Source: Sminthopsis crassicaudata
Taxonomy: Eukaryota
Direction: 5' to 3'
Assembly (NCBI RefSeq): GCF_048593235.1
Contig: NC_133619.1
Span: 637,214,558-637,278,557 of the forward strand
Length of the DNA: 64,000 bases
Of this stretch, positions 45,352-59,219 are shown piece after piece. The position numbers were made by a program, and so were the translations under genes. A model generated the notes under the pieces. The model worked only from the letters and a program-made list of their open reading frames with translations, searched no databases and had not been told where the DNA came from. Each line of letters begins with the position of its first letter. Within the stretch, counting starts at the first letter, position 1.

Positions 45352-45814
45352 NNNNNNNNNNNNNNNNNNNNNNNNNNNNNNNNNNNNNNNNNNNNNNNNN
45401 NNNNNNNNNNNNNNNNNNNNNNNNNNNNNNNNNNNNNNNNNNNNNNNNNNNNNNNNNNNNNNNNNNNNNNNNNNNNNNNNNNNNNNNNNNNNNNNNNNNN
45501 NNNNNNNNNNNNNNNNNNNNNNNNNNNNNNNNNNNNNNNNNNNNNNNNNNNNNNNNNNNNNNNNNNNNNNNNNNNNCTCCATTCTTGGAACTCCACTGAA
45601 ATCTATACATAGACCATGTAGGGATCTGTGGAGCTTCAGCAAAGTACTCCTGACATAGATTAACTTGGAAAGCTAGAAAGAACCTTTTAAGAACAATTAG
45701 CCTACCCTCCCCCCCCTCTTAGTTTATGGTAAAAAACTGAGGCACAGGGAGCTTAAGTAAATGGACCAACATCCCTGGGTGATGAAGAGGCAGCATTTGA
45801 ACCCCTGTCCTCTG

Positions 45815-46050
45815 AGGGCAGCTAGGTGAATCAGTGGACAAGGTAACTGGTCCTGGACTTCAGAACTGGCTTCAGACACTTCCTTAGGTGTGTGACCCTG
45901 AGCAAATCACCTTGTCCTGTTCACCTCTGTTTTCTCATCTGCAAAATGACCTAGAGAAGGAAATGGCAAAATCACTCCAGTGTCTTTGCTGGGAAAACCC
46001 CAAATGGGGTCACAGAGACGTGGACGCCACCAGAAAATGACTGGACAATA
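45815..46050 (+). mobile_element. MAR1-like SINE
   Basis: GGGCAGCTAGGTG head, AGAAGGAAATGGCAAAATCACTCCAGTGTCTTTGC...CCCCAAATGGGGTCAC. Confidence 0.7.
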
Positions 46051-47889
46051 ACAATCTCTGACCCTTAAGGCCAATGTTACCAGTATGCTACATGTAAGTG
46101 CTAATCTTTACAGATAAGGAAAATGAACCCCCAGACAGGCCAAGTTCCTCACTTAAAGTTACCAGCTGGAAAGTGGCGGAGATTTGAACTCAGGACTTCT
46201 GACTCCAAACCGTTGTGAAGCACATATGAGGCCCAGCATTTATTAAGCACCTCCTGTGTGCCCCCCACAGGACTAAGTCCTAAGGATACAAAGAAAGGCA
46301 AAAGTCAGTCCCTGCCTTCGAGGAGCTTATGGTCTAATGGAGAAGGCGCCAAGCAGACTACTCTGTTTTTGCAGGATAAATTGGAGGTCCCTGGTTGGTA
46401 ATAAATACTGAAAAATACACTTTTCCCTGGTTTTAAATGAGGAAACAGAGGTCCAGAAAGACAGGAGACTAGAGATTAAACAATTGGCTTTGACACACAC
46501 ACAGCTGAGCCTGGGACCCCAGGCCTCTGTGCCTCATGGCTCCTGTGAACAAGGGACTCTGGGATTTCTGGGTGACGATGCTCTGTGCGGGTGAAGGTGT
46601 ATGGCCAGGTGGGGGTCATCTGTGAGCGTGTCTGCCCATGTTGGCAGCTGCCCAGGTACCAAGGGACAGTTGAGGCATCTAGAGGTTGTGGAGATTCTTC
46701 TAGGAGCCCCTGGCTGGGTGTCTCGGGCTCTACAGTTGACTGGCCTTTGCCCTTTCAGACACACCTGTCCCGGGGCCCATCCTTGGCTCTTCCTTGCTCT
46801 GGGTGAGTTACCCACCACACCCTGCACATTTCAAAGGAGGTCACTTCCTAGTCCATCCATGTCCTTGCAGGGGTGGGGAGGGAGTGGGCAGGGCCGGGAT
46901 GATGATTTCTCTGTAAATAAGGGCACCTGCACAGTGGAACAAGTACCTGTCTGAGCTCCTCCAGCCAGCCCCTGGTGAGCATAGGCCCACTGCAGATTCT
47001 AGCAGCAGGGCCTTCCCAGAACTTGGCTCCCCTGGGCAGTGCCCATAAAGCCCGAGCAAGTGGTTCCTGGCGGTGCAGCGGACTCTGAGCCAGCTGGCTT
47101 CCTCCCTGGCTCCGCGGTGAAGCAATGCTCCCTCTGATTGAGCCTCACGTCAGCCCTTAGTCATTCCGGGCAGCAGACAGCAGGTCTGCCAAGGCCGAGG
47201 GGAGCCAGAGATGGGACAAAGTGGGGTGGGGCCCGGGCAGGATGGCCACCACAGCCCTAGGCGGAAGCTCAGGAGCCTCAGACACCCCTCTAGCCCAATC
47301 CCCTTTTTCTGCAGAAGGGGACAGAGAGGTCCAATGATGCTACGTCGCTTGTCCCCACCCCTCCTAGTCATTTCTCCCAGGTAAATTTCCAAACCCATCA
47401 TCCTCTGAGACTTAGCTTTGAGGGTCCTTAGCTGTGGTGAGTTGGGAAATCTATAAACAACTATTAAATTTGTTCCAGGCCCTGGAACAAAGACAAAAAG
47501 GGAACAGTCCCTGCCCTCGAGAAGCTTTTGTTTTATCCAGGAAAAAAAACAAGTCCATAAAAATGTACAGGACAATTTCATGGGAAAGACTTTGGAGCGG
47601 GATAAAAGGATGGGGAAAATCAGGAAGAAAGGCCTCCTGGGAAAGGTGACATCTGAGCTAAGAAGCTGGGGGTTCTAAGAGGAGGTAAGCAAGGGGTACA
47701 CTGCAGGCACAAGATACTCCTTATGCAAAGGTGTGGAGGCAGGAGGTAAGGTCCCATGTAAGAAATGTTAAGAAGGCCAATTCACCCAGAAGGTAAAGTG
47801 GTGAAGGAAAGGGATTCATTATAAGATGAGAAAAGTAGGCTGGAGTTTACATTCTGTCACTTGGACAAACTCAAAATCTAGGGTTCTTT

Positions 47890-48110
47890 CAGTCATGTCC
47901 GACTCTTTGTGACCCCATTTAGGGTTTTCTCGGCAGAAAAACTGGAGGGGGCTGGCCATTTCATTCTCCAGCTCATTTTCAGATGAGGAAACTGAGGCAG
48001 ATGGGGTGAAGGGACTCTGCCAGGGTCACGCAGCTTCTAAGTGTCTGAGGCCAGGTTTGAACTCTGGAAGATGAGTCTTCCAGACTCCAGTCCCAGTGCT
48101 CTGTCCAGTG
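47890..48110 (-). mobile_element. MAR1-like SINE
   Basis: GTCCGACTCTTTGTGACCCCATTT...GCCATTTCATTCTCCAGCTCATTTTCAGATGAGGAAACTGAGGC. Confidence 0.7.
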
Positions 48111-49199
48111 TCCCACACACAGGGGAAATATGATGGAATATTGTATTGCTAGGTAGAGCAGCAGAGAGAATGCTGGGTCTGGAGTTAGAAAGACCCTAGC
48201 AAGTCATGTAATCTCTCTGACTCAGCTTCTTTAACTGTATAATTATATCACCTTTATTATATGAGTCATTATAGTGATATGGTTCTTGGGTATAATATCA
48301 CCTGCCTCTGAGGGTTTTAGTGAGGATCAAAAGAGAATATTGAAAAAGGCCTCTGGAAACCTTAAATGTGCACTATTAATATATCCACAGGAAGGATGAT
48401 GGGACATTTCTCAACTTTGTATTTCCCCAGCCTCACATTGTATAGAGTAGGTTTTCCCCTTCCATTTCTTCCCCTCTCCTTCCTCCTCCTCTTCTTCCTC
48501 TTTTTCCTTCTCTTCCTCTTCTTCTTTTCTCTTTCTGTGTCTGTCTCTCCATCTGTGTCTTTGTCTATCTCTGACTCTGTTTCTCTTTCTGTCTCTTTGT
48601 CTCTATCTCTGTCTCTCTCCCCTTCTCTCTTATCATCGTCTCATCTTACATTTCTTTATATCTCCATCCTGAGACCTCCCTCCCCAGGTGCTTAATGGTT
48701 GGGACTTCTGGCTCTGCACCCCCAGATGTACCCCATGTTCTGCTAGAATTCCCTAGAATCCAGGAGATGAGAGCCGAATCTTCAGCTGAAGTGGGATTCT
48801 GGGTCCTAAGCGGGGATGCCATCCAAGCTCTGACCCCTTCCCATGAATCCCATCCCTTCACGTCTGCTCAGCAGAACCTTCCACGGAGGAGAAGCCCGGT
48901 CAAGAACCAACATCCATTCATTCATCTGACCCCACAAAAGTTTATTGAGTATTTGGCACCATGCTGGGTGCTGAGAAACTCAGGATTTTGAGGGGGGACA
49001 TCACAGGCCAGGGAGACCCAGAAACTGGGAGGGCCGATGCCTTCTTGAGAAAGAGGTTATAATGATGGGAGGTCAGACAAAGGATGGTTCACTAGGACTT
49101 TCTTCTCAGAACTCTCTGCACCTCGGGGGTGGCCAGAGCCTTGGGATCCTTCTGTGAACACCAGGGTTCCACCACTGCTTCCTCACTAGTGTTGGGGCC

Positions 49200-52100
49200 T
49201 CAGGCCTGAGTCACCCTGTAGGCACTTTGAAGGGACAAGAGAACACAAGAGGAGACAGTGAGACGAGGGGGGTCCTGCCTCTGGAGCCCCTGGATTTTCC
49301 CAGCCATCTGCTCCCCCCAACCTCACTTACCTTCGCTGCTGCCTTCTGCACCAGCGGAACTGGCGGCATCGATCGCCTGAGAAGTGGAATTGGGTGAGAA
49401 CGAGAAAGTAATCGGGGCGGGGAGCCCCTTCCCAGTCCCTGGGTCACAGATGGGGAGGACTCACTCCAGAGGCGGAGTAGGGATTGACCCCCAAATAACA
49501 GGCCAGGCCAGTGGCAAGAGCTGGTGCAAAAACGCATCTAAGAATCTTATCCCTCCCCAGCCCAGCCCTGGAGTTTCCCAGCTTCCCTTCCTTCTTACTG
49601 GTGAGGATGAGGATGCCGGTGATGAAGAGTACAGCAGCTGCAATTAAACCCCTCTTTCTGAGTGTATATTCATCTGAAAGAGAGAGAAGAGGAGGAGGGA
49701 TCAGGGAAGAAAAAAATAAGAATCAGAGGGTGCCGAGGGGGAAGAAGTCCCTTCATTTTCCCCGCCCCCTCCCTTTCCTTGAACCCCAAGTCTGGATGGA
49801 TGACTCACTGCTTTTGAAGGGATCCCACTTCTCCTCACCACCTGGGGAAGACACAAAGAAAGTTAGAGGGAGGGGGGAGTCTTTCTTGGAGCCCCTTCCC
49901 CTTCCCGGTATAGTCTTTCTCCCTTGGAACGTAAGCTCCCTGAGAGCAAGGACTGTCTGGTTTTTGTTGTATTCCTAACACAGGACAGCACTCCACTCAC
50001 TCCGGCCAAAGTCATCTTGACCAATGCCCCAAGAGTCCAGGAAACAGGATTTGAATCCAAGGCTTTTGAGCTTAAAGGTGGCTCTTTCCCCACTCTGCGA
50101 CCCCCTCCTCCCCCTGCTCTTGGATTGAATTCAATTCAGTTTCTTCATCTGTAAAATGATCTGGGGAGGGAAATGGCAAATCTCCCCAGTATCTCTGCCA
50201 AGAAAACTCCAAATGGGGTCAGGAAGAATCAGACAGACCACAAAAACACTTATAAAGGCCTGAGCCGGGCAAAGCCGGTGCCAGGAGCCAGAAAGGCAAA
50301 CAAAGAACAGAGCCCCACCCTAATGATAACAGTAGCGAGGGCCGTTTGTTGCCAAGTCCCACCCTTCAGGACCCCATTTGGGATTTTCTTGGCAAAGATC
50401 CTGGACTGGTTTGCCATTTCCCTCTCCAGCTCATTTTACAGATTGGGAAGCTGAGGCAGGCAGAATTAAGTGACTTGCCCAAGATCACCCAACTAGTGTG
50501 GTTTACCATTTCCCTCTCCAGCTCATTTTGCAGATGGGGAAACCGAGGCAAGTAGGGTTAAAAGACTTGCCCAGGGTCACCCAGCTAGTTAGTGTCTGAC
50601 GCTGCATTTGAATCTTCCTGACTCCCAACCCAACGCTCTATGCACTATGGCGCCACCTAGCTGCCCACAGCTAGCATGCAGCCCTTGAAAATCTGCAAAG
50701 CTTTTAATTTTATCCCAAACTTATACAGATGAGGAAACTGAGGCAAACGAGATCCTGAGAACCCAGGTCTCCAGCTAGGGAGGATCAGCTGCGAGTGGGT
50801 CCCAGAAGGAGAAAAGGGGGGAAGTGCCCGCTCCCATCACCTCCCTCCTAGAATGACTCCCACACTGTCTCTCCCTGACAGATGTCCCGGGTCCCTCCCT
50901 CCTGGCCCGGGCTGGGCACACGAAAGCACTGACCAGAAGACGTAGGAGGCATCGGGGGCTTCGTTCTGCTGCTCATGGTAATAGGGTCTGAGTGACCTGG
51001 AGAAAGGGGACAGAGACTGCGTACAACCCTGTGCTGGGAGGGGGACCCGACCCCTGCCCTCAGAAGCACGTGCTCAAAGAATGGCCAAAGGAACAGGGGT
51101 GTTCCTGGGAAGAGGGAGGGGCCGGGGAAAGTTCTAGGAGAAATCTGAGCCCATTATTGACATGGTAGAAAAGAGGAAAATTTGGCCCATCAAAGAAGAG
51201 GAAAAACACTGAGAGATTATATCAAAAATCAAGTCTCTTGCATATCAAAAGGAAGGAAGCACCTAGCTCATGTGGGGGAGGCAGATCGGAACTTAGCAAG
51301 ATGGGTCCTCCTCTGCCAGGCCCAGACTCTACCCATTGCCCCGTACTCTTACTGCCCACTTAGTTATATCACTCATTTAATGAGCATCTCTCTGCTCCAG
51401 TCTCACCACTAAACTCCTCTCCTTCCTCTGCGGATCTCCATCACCCTGCTCCCTCTGGAGTGTTCTGTGGATACTCTGGCTATTCTGCCCCCTCCCCCAG
51501 TCACACCCATCCAGCTCCTCTGTGCTGATCTCTTGGTGGTCTTGACAGCTCCCAAGGGGTCAGCTATCTCTCATGGTGTCAACTCTCCCTTCTTCCATTA
51601 TTCTCTCTCTGGGTCTCTGGGTCTCTTTCTCTCTGTCTCCCTGTTTCTCTGTCTCTGTCTCTCTATGTGTGTATCTCCCTCCCTCCCTTTCTTTCTCTGT
51701 CCCTTTTTCTCCCTTTCCTTCTCTACTTCNNNNNNNNNNNNNNNNNNNNNNNNNNNNNNNNNNNNNNNNNNNNNNNNNNNNNNNNNNNNNNNNNNNNNNN
51801 NNNNNNNNNNNNNNNNNNNNNNNNNNNNNNNNNNNNNNNNNNNNNNNNNNNNNNNNNNNNNNNNNNNNNNNNNNNNNNTCTCTCTTTCTCTATCTTATCT
51901 CTCACTCTCCTTCTGTGTGTTTATGTGTCTCTCTCTCTCCCTCCCTCTCTCTCCTTCCCTCCCTCCCCCTCTCTTTTCTCTCCATCTCTGCCTCTTTTTT
52001 TCTCTCTTTCTCTGTCTCTCTCTCCTATTCTCTCTCTATTTTATTATAAAAAAGAAATGAAATGAAGAAAAAATCAACAGTCTCAGATCCCTGCAGCCAG

Positions 52101-55100
52101 CCATGCTCTCTGGCCTGTGTTGCCAGCTAGGTGACCCATAAACATTTCAATCTGAATATAGGTGGCAGCGTGGGAGGACAGAAGACATGCTGGGGTCAAA
52201 GCTAGTGGATTTGGATTCAAATCCTGCCCTTCTCACCTACTAGCTTGGTGGTCTTAGACAAACCATTTTATCTCTCAGGGTCTCAGTTCAACTGTAAAAT
52301 GGGTGGTTAAGAGTAGATGATCTCTAAGGTTTCTTCTAGAGCTAAATGTCCACAACAGACTTTATTCTCTCCCTATCTCCTCCTCTCCCCAAGCCTCTAT
52401 TCTCACTAATCTTTTCATCCAGGACAACACCACCTTTCTAGAGACCCCTGTTCAATACCTTGAATTCTTTCCCCATCACATCCAATGAAGCAGCTAACCT
52501 TCTCTCCACAATATTGTTCAATAAATCATTAGAAAATTAAAATCAAGGTAGGGACCAAACTCTGTGATTTCTTTGGCTTAAGAAACTTCCATGTATGGAA
52601 CCTTCATTCACCAGTGCAGTTTGGTACCTTCTCAATACTTTATAGCCTTATAGCTGAGGTGCTTAGGATCACAACTCTATTAGACTTTAAGAAGGACTTG
52701 AACACAGACTTTTGAAACCAGTTGTCTCTCCGTTTACCACTCTGCCTCTTGAATTTAAATTAATAAATGATATGCATACATAAAACATTCTGCAAATCTT
52801 AGTGCTATAGTAAATTTAGTTATTATTGTTATTGTTATTATTATTTTATTAACAGAGACAGTTAAGAGCAATGAGACTCCATCTTGGTAAGGAACTGCTT
52901 TGGCAAGCAAAGCTATTGGCATTGATGGAATGTCCTGTCACCAGGAGAAGAGACCAAGAGGAAAGCCAGGAAAACAGATGGAGGTGTGCAGAGAGAGAAG
53001 AATCAGCTCAATAATATGAAAAACATGACCCTTAATCTCATCAGATTTGGCTCAAAAAGGGAATATCATACATACTTAGTTTGGTATAGAAACTTGTCTT
53101 ACCCTATACGGAAGTAGGAGAGGAAGGGGGAAAAGAAAAGGGGAGGTTAATAGAAGGATAGAGCAGAATTAGAAAGGGACAGGAATAAGAAAGAGAGGGC
53201 TGAACAAAAAGAGGACAAATTGAGGGAGATGGTGGAAAAGCACAACACTGGTGAGGAAGGAAAGGGGAAAAGAAGAGAGAAAAGTAAAATCTGGGGAAAA
53301 TAGGATGGCAGAAAATACAGAATTAGTCATTTTAACTGTGAAAATGAATAGCATGACTTCTCTTATAAAATGGAAGTGGCTAGCAGAGTGGATTAAAAGC
53401 CAGAATCCTACAATATATTGTTTACAAGAGACAAATTTGAAGCAGAAAAATACATACAGAGTACAGGTAAAAGGCTGGAATAGAATCTATTATCTTTTAA
53501 TAGAAGTAAAAAAAAAAAAAAAAGCAGAGAAAATGATTCTGATCCCAGATCAAACAAAAGCAATATTAGATGTAATTTTAAAAGACAAGGAAGGAAACTA
53601 CATCTTGCAAAAGGGTACCATAGATAATGAAGTAATATTAATACTAAACATATATATATATATATATACCAAGTGGTATAGCATCCAAATTCCTAGAGAA
53701 GTTAAGAAAGTTGCAAGAAGAAATAGACAGCAAAATTATACGAATGGGAAATCTCAACCTTGCGCTCTCAGAACTAGATAAATCAAACCACGAAATAAGA
53801 AAGAATTTAAAGAAATAAATAGAATATTAGAAAAGTTATGTATAATAGGCCTATGGAAAAAACTGAATGGGAACAGAAAAGAATATACTTTTTCCATATT
53901 AGGGCATAAAAACCTCACAATCAAATGCAGAAAGACAGAAATAGTAAATGCATCCTTTTCAGATCATGATGCAATAAAAAATACATGCAATAAAAGGCCA
54001 GGGAAAAATAGACCAAAAATTAATTGGAAACTAAATAATTTAATCCTAAAACATGAGTAGGCGAAACAACAAATCATAGAAACAATCGATAATTTCATCC
54101 AAGAGAATGGCAATAATGAGATAAAATTTATGGGATGCAGCCAAAGCAGTTCTTAGGAGAAATTTTATATCTCTAGATGCTTACATAATAAAATGGAGAA
54201 AGAGACCAATAAATTGGGCATGCAACTAAAAAAGATGAAAAAACCCCACAAATTAAAACTCCACAATTAAATGTCAATTTTAAGAATCTGAAAATAAAAA
54301 GAGAAATTAATAAAATTAAAAGTAAGAAAACTATCAAACTAGTAATATGAAAAACAAAATTATGATAATAATAACAGCCTGAAAAATCCAAAAAAATCAA
54401 CTACCCATACAGACATGAGAGAGATCAGAAGAGGTCCCAAATGCATCTTGGTTATCTTGCTAAATGATATTGCACTTTTAAAAAAAGTTGACTATGTTCT
54501 CTCTATCAATAGCAGTTTTACAGTGGGAGCAAGAGTCTGTACAATAGAAGGTTTGTTAGTCAGGAAGCTGAGAAGAGATAATTTGCAAAGATGGAAGATC
54601 ATCAGTTTTTCACAATGGGGACCTTTCTCTATTTCAGTAGGTGAGCTCACAGAGGAGAAGGCATTCACTCACTCAGAAGTAGAGTCAGGAAGCGAGATTT
54701 TGAGAGGGAAGAGCAAGGTCACCAGGATGATCTTAAGCAAATTTCTTTTCCCTGAGCCTCAATTCTTTCAAATGTCAATGAGGACTATATCATGGCCTCT
54801 GAGATATTGTCCAGCTCTTAACCTAAGTCAGGGGTTCTCAAACTATGGCCCGCAAGCATGATGCGGCCCTCTGAGGATGTTGATGCAGCCTGCTGGGTTA
54901 TGGCAAATGGGCTAAGGGGCGGAGACAGAGTGTGAGCTTTTGTTTTTACTACAGTCCAGCCCTTCAACAGTCTGAGGGACAGTGAACTGGCCCCCTATTT
55001 AAAAAGTTTGAGGACCACTGACCTAAGTCTTCAAAGGAATCTTCCTGACTCTAAACCCAGCTGTGCCCCATTTACCAATACATGGATTCCTAGAATAAAG

Positions 55101-57301
55101 TAGAAATTTAAATCTGGTGAGGGATGATGTGATGATTTTACATGGGGAATAGTGAGAGGGGACAAAGGCTTCCTGAATTAGGGGGTCTTGAGCTGGGCTT
55201 TAGAAGGCAGGGACAGAGAGGAGATTGGGAGTAGAAAGAAGCTTAGTCAAGGACCAATGGTGTGAGGGAGAGTGGAGACAAGGAGAAGATAATTGGATCA
55301 CATAATATGGGAACCTTAGAGCCCTTCTCCCACATTAGAGCTCCCCACTTACCCTTTGCTGAAGTTGTCTCCATCTTATTCTCTGGCTGGGTTTGGCCTG
55401 TGTCTATCCCCCAAAGGAAACAGAGGAGAATGGGACATGAGAAATGGCATCCTTCACCCAACAAGGTTTGGGGCCCCAAACTCTTTGTCCCTTGGACAAT
55501 TCTACCTGAGATAGACTTAAATTTCAGCCTATCTGCAGCTGAATCTGGAGTAGGGTGGAATGATTATCCCCAGGTCATTTCCCTTTTCCTCCTCCGGCAT
55601 CCATGAACTCCACTCACCCTCATCATCCTTGGTAGGATCCATGGAAGTCACCTGAAGCTCAGAGGTGGTTGGACTTAGAGCTGGGGGAAAGACAGAGTTG
55701 GTAGAATAGATGTCCTAGGGCTCCTTGCAATTCCCACAGAAAGCCCTTTCAGCTGCCGGGCCCCCTCCCCTAAAGTCTCTTCTCTCCTTTCCCCCCTATT
55801 TATCCCTCACCTGTGCTTAAACTTGAAGCAGGCGGCATCTCAGATGGGGTTGTATGGTTCTTTTCCATCAGGTCTGAGCTGGGGGCCATCGATGTACCTA
55901 AGTGGGGTGCCATTGACATGTCTAATTGGAGGGGGCCATTGCGGGAGGGAAGAGAAATACATTCAGCTAGGATTCCTTCTACCACCAACCCCCTATGCTC
56001 ATGGCCCACCTGCTTCCTACTTGGGACAGAGCCATGTAATTGAATCCTTCTCACTTGGGGATAGAAAAGAATGGCCCAACTCCCTGAAAGGTTTGCTTTA
56101 ACTGCATTCAAACTGAGGCTCTTTTACCATAGCTTTAGCTTTGAAAATAGGCCTTAGAATTCACCTAGTACAGCTTTCTTACAGAACAGGAAACTGAGGC
56201 CCCGAGGGGTAATATTTCCTGCCCAAGGTCTCACAAAAGCAGAAAGGAGCAGAATCAGGGCTGCCAAGCCCGATCCGGTCATTCTGCCCCATGAACAATC
56301 ATCTTCACATTTTTGCCCTACCTCAAAGGGTCCAACGTGAAGCCTTCTCTGAGTCCTCTTTCCTCCCCTATTTGGAAAGTACTTAGCACAGTGTCTGGCA
56401 CATAGTAGGTACTTTGAAAATGCTTCTTTCTTTCCTACTACCAGAAAGCAAGATGATACAGTGGGAGTGTTGGCTGAGAGCTTGGATTCGAATCCCTACT
56501 CCTGGCTCCTTCTACCTAGGTTGTCTCAAGCAAATTATTTAGCTTCCTCAGTTTTCCCTTTTGTAAAATGAGGGGTTGGGACCAGATGTTCTCTGAGGTC
56601 CCTTATAGCTCTAATCTAAGATCTTATGTCACTTCCTTTGTGGAACTCAATTTCCTCATTTGTGAAAAGTAGCTTGTTCTAAGTGGCCCGGGAGGTGCCG
56701 ATCTAGGAAGAAGTCATCATCCTAGGGTTTTCCAATAGATCTGCGCCCCTTTCCACATGGGCATTCCCTCCCACAGTGCAGATTGCAGCTCATCTAGGCT
56801 TGCCAAAGAACTGAAACGGAGGACGGATAGAGATGTGCCCAGCTGGGCATGAGGAGGCTGTGACACATTGCAAATCAGGAATTAGGAAGGAGAAGCTGTG
56901 GAAAGGGCATCATGTGTGGGGAGGAAGGTGGGTTAGTGCAATGGAAAGATTGAGCAATTACTCATTGACAGGCTCATGTGCTTCCCAGAAAAACTGCCCG
57001 TCCCGTGGACGCCTGGCTTGACTTAAGGGAATTCAAAGAGAAGAACCAAACGGGATGGACAAGCCTGGATGAGTTATAATCTGGGGCTGGGGAAATCAAG
57101 GTTTAAAAAAAACTGACCCAGTTCCTACCCCCGGGGAGCTTAAGGCCCCATTGGGAGCCATACCGAATAATGGAATACTACTGAAATCTGATTAGAAGGA
57201 GGGAAGAAAGGGAAATTGTGGCGTGACTCACCTTGGGTCCATGAAGATGGGGCCGAGCCCAGGAGGAGGAAGAGGAAGTAGAGGTGACCTGAAGCTGACA
57301 T
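49200..57301 (-). CDS. FXYD5: FXYD5 (dysadherin), predicted about 158 aa
   Basis: Signal exon 57301-57232 (MSASGHLYFLFLLLG...). Putative S/T/P-rich exons 55921-55811, 55680-55618, 50996-50934. Then 49841-49809, TM exon 49673-49599 (EYTLRKRGLIAAAVLFITGILILTS), 49376-49331, 49215-49200. The TM exon is unambiguous; the mucin exons are inferred from splice sites and phase. Confidence 0.85.
50350..50670 (-). mobile_element. MAR1/SINE1-like SINEs with an internal duplication
   Basis: Two copies of TTTCCCTCTCCAGCTCATTTT..CAGAT.GGGAA, ending GCGCCACCTAGCTGCCC. Confidence 0.65.
52960..54370 (+). mobile_element. Degenerate L1 fragment (inter-ORF region and ORF2 APE endonuclease)
   Basis: ORF 53251-53781 contains WIKSQNPTIYCLQETNLK, KGWNRIY and KDKEGNYILQKGTI. 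Frameshifts and stops present. Confidence 0.9.
54829..55020. mobile_element. 192-bp non-autonomous hAT MITE, OC1/OposCharlie1-like
   Basis: TIRs CAGGGGTTCTCAAACT / AGTTTGAGGACCACTG (14/16 match). Perfect 8-bp TSD ACCTAAGT at 54821-54828 and 55021-55028. Confidence 0.85.
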
Positions 57302-58750
57302 CTGTAGGAGGGGGGTGATGGGGTTGAGAGATGTGGGGAGGGGGCCTCCAATTTCCTGGAAACTGGGGAGAAGCGTGTGGAGTCTGGGGAGAGCTATGGG
57401 GCTGGCATTTGGACTCCTGTTTGTCTCTGAGGAACATCACAGAGCAGTTCACTCCCAGAAGCCCTTTCTCTGCAGAGACCCCAGAGAGGAAGTGGGGAAA
57501 TGTGGGGGGAAATCAATTCCTCTACTTCTCTGACTCCTATCCCCATCCCCATCTCGGTCACCCCGCCCCCTGCTCCCCCAGAGGAAACAGGAAGCAGCCA
57601 GCCTGGGAAGGGTTTGGCGGCCACTGATGCAAGAGCTTGCTTAGAACAAAAATGTTCCTCCTCTTCATACCCCGGCTTCCTCCACGTTATTTTCCAGCCA
57701 GACGCCGGCTTCTCCCGGTCTCTTACCCAGCCGGGGGACCGGGATCAAAGTGGCTGGAGCTGGGATGGATGGGCCTGCTTCTTTCCCTTTCTCTCTCCGG
57801 TCTGCCCCCCCCAGAGCTGAGCGGCCCAAAGGGAGGGAGGGCAGAGAGACATCATGAGTAACGGGATCCTGCTCTAACAGGAAAAAATGAGCTGGCTGGA
57901 GGTGAGGGGTGGAAAAGGGGGGGGGGCGCTGTCGGAGCTGAGGCCACAGGGAAAGGGAAAGAAGACGTGAGAGAGAGAAGAGGCTGTAGGGACAGTTAAG
58001 GTAGGTGGGAGATGCTGGAGACAGGAAAGAAAGAAGGGGAGAGCAGAGAAAGTGGGGGACAGCGAGAGTCTGGAGGGGTAACAGTCAGAAGCACTCACAG
58101 CGGGCTGAGGCAGCTAGGAGAAGCAAAAAGGGGGAGAAGGGATCGGAGGAGACCCACAGAGAGAGAAAGGGACAGACAACCATGGGCGAAGGGGGCCCGG
58201 GTCCAGGAGGTGATGGGTGGAGAATCTCTCTGGCTGTCTAGAGCCCAGGGGAAAGGGAGGCTGCAGGAGATGACTTTACCTTGGAGCTGGGGGGTCCGGA
58301 GCTGGTGGCCTTGGCCCGGTGGGGACATTCAGGGCGGGGTGGGGAGAAGAGGAGGAGTGGGTGAGAATGGGGCGGGCGGGGGCCAAGACTGGGAGAGTCA
58401 TTTCCTCTTTGGCTTCCTGGCTTCAAAGTCAGGGGCGGGAGCCAGAGAGAGACGACGCAGAGGTAGAGTGGGGGACACCCCAGTATAAGGAAACGTGGGG
58501 ATGAGCTACAGGAGATGCCCCGTGGGCGAGCGGGGCAGGAGTGGACCCCCTGGAAACCCTTCCCCATTCTAGGGGGAGAAATGATGGGGACCGTCAGGTT
58601 GGAGGAGGGGGGAAGGAAGAAGTACCTTGAGACTCACTCATTCTGTCTTTATCTTGGAGGGGGGGGCTGACTTTATTCCTTCCTCTCCCTCCCCCCACAA
58701 GAATCAGGAAGGACACAGAGAAACCAGCGGGGGAAAACCCTGAATCCACA

Positions 58751-58756
58751 TTTATT
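58751..58756 (-). terminator. FXYD7 polyadenylation signal AATAAA
   Basis: TTTATT about 465 nt after the stop. Confidence 0.6.
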
Positions 58757-59219
58757 GAGCTCAGAAGGTAACAAACAGGGTTCCGGGCTCAGATGACTGA
58801 GTCCCAGAAGGGCAGCAGAGGTTGGGGGTCTGGATATATGGGATCTAGGAAAGGGAAAGTGGAGAAGGGAGTCCCGGATTCTAGGAAGGAGACATGGGAA
58901 GGAGTGGATGTCTGGGTCCTAGGAGGGGGGGGACCAGGGGACTGGATGCCTGGGTCCATGAGGAGTAATAGGGATGGACTTTATTGCAGAAGCCTCAGGG
59001 AGGGGGCCAGCCCTGTCCCCCAAGGGGGCTCAATGCTCTGGGCCCTGGGCACTCCCTGTGGGTGAGGAGTCCAGTTGGGGGCACAGGCAGCTCATATAGA
59101 AGGGGAACATTCACTGGTGTGAGGGGGGGCTGGGAGCGGGGGGCCCCAGCAATCTCCATCCCTAACCCCTAGGGTCTTTGAGATGGGGGCAGCGGCGGAG
59201 CTGGACGGGCCTCCTCATG

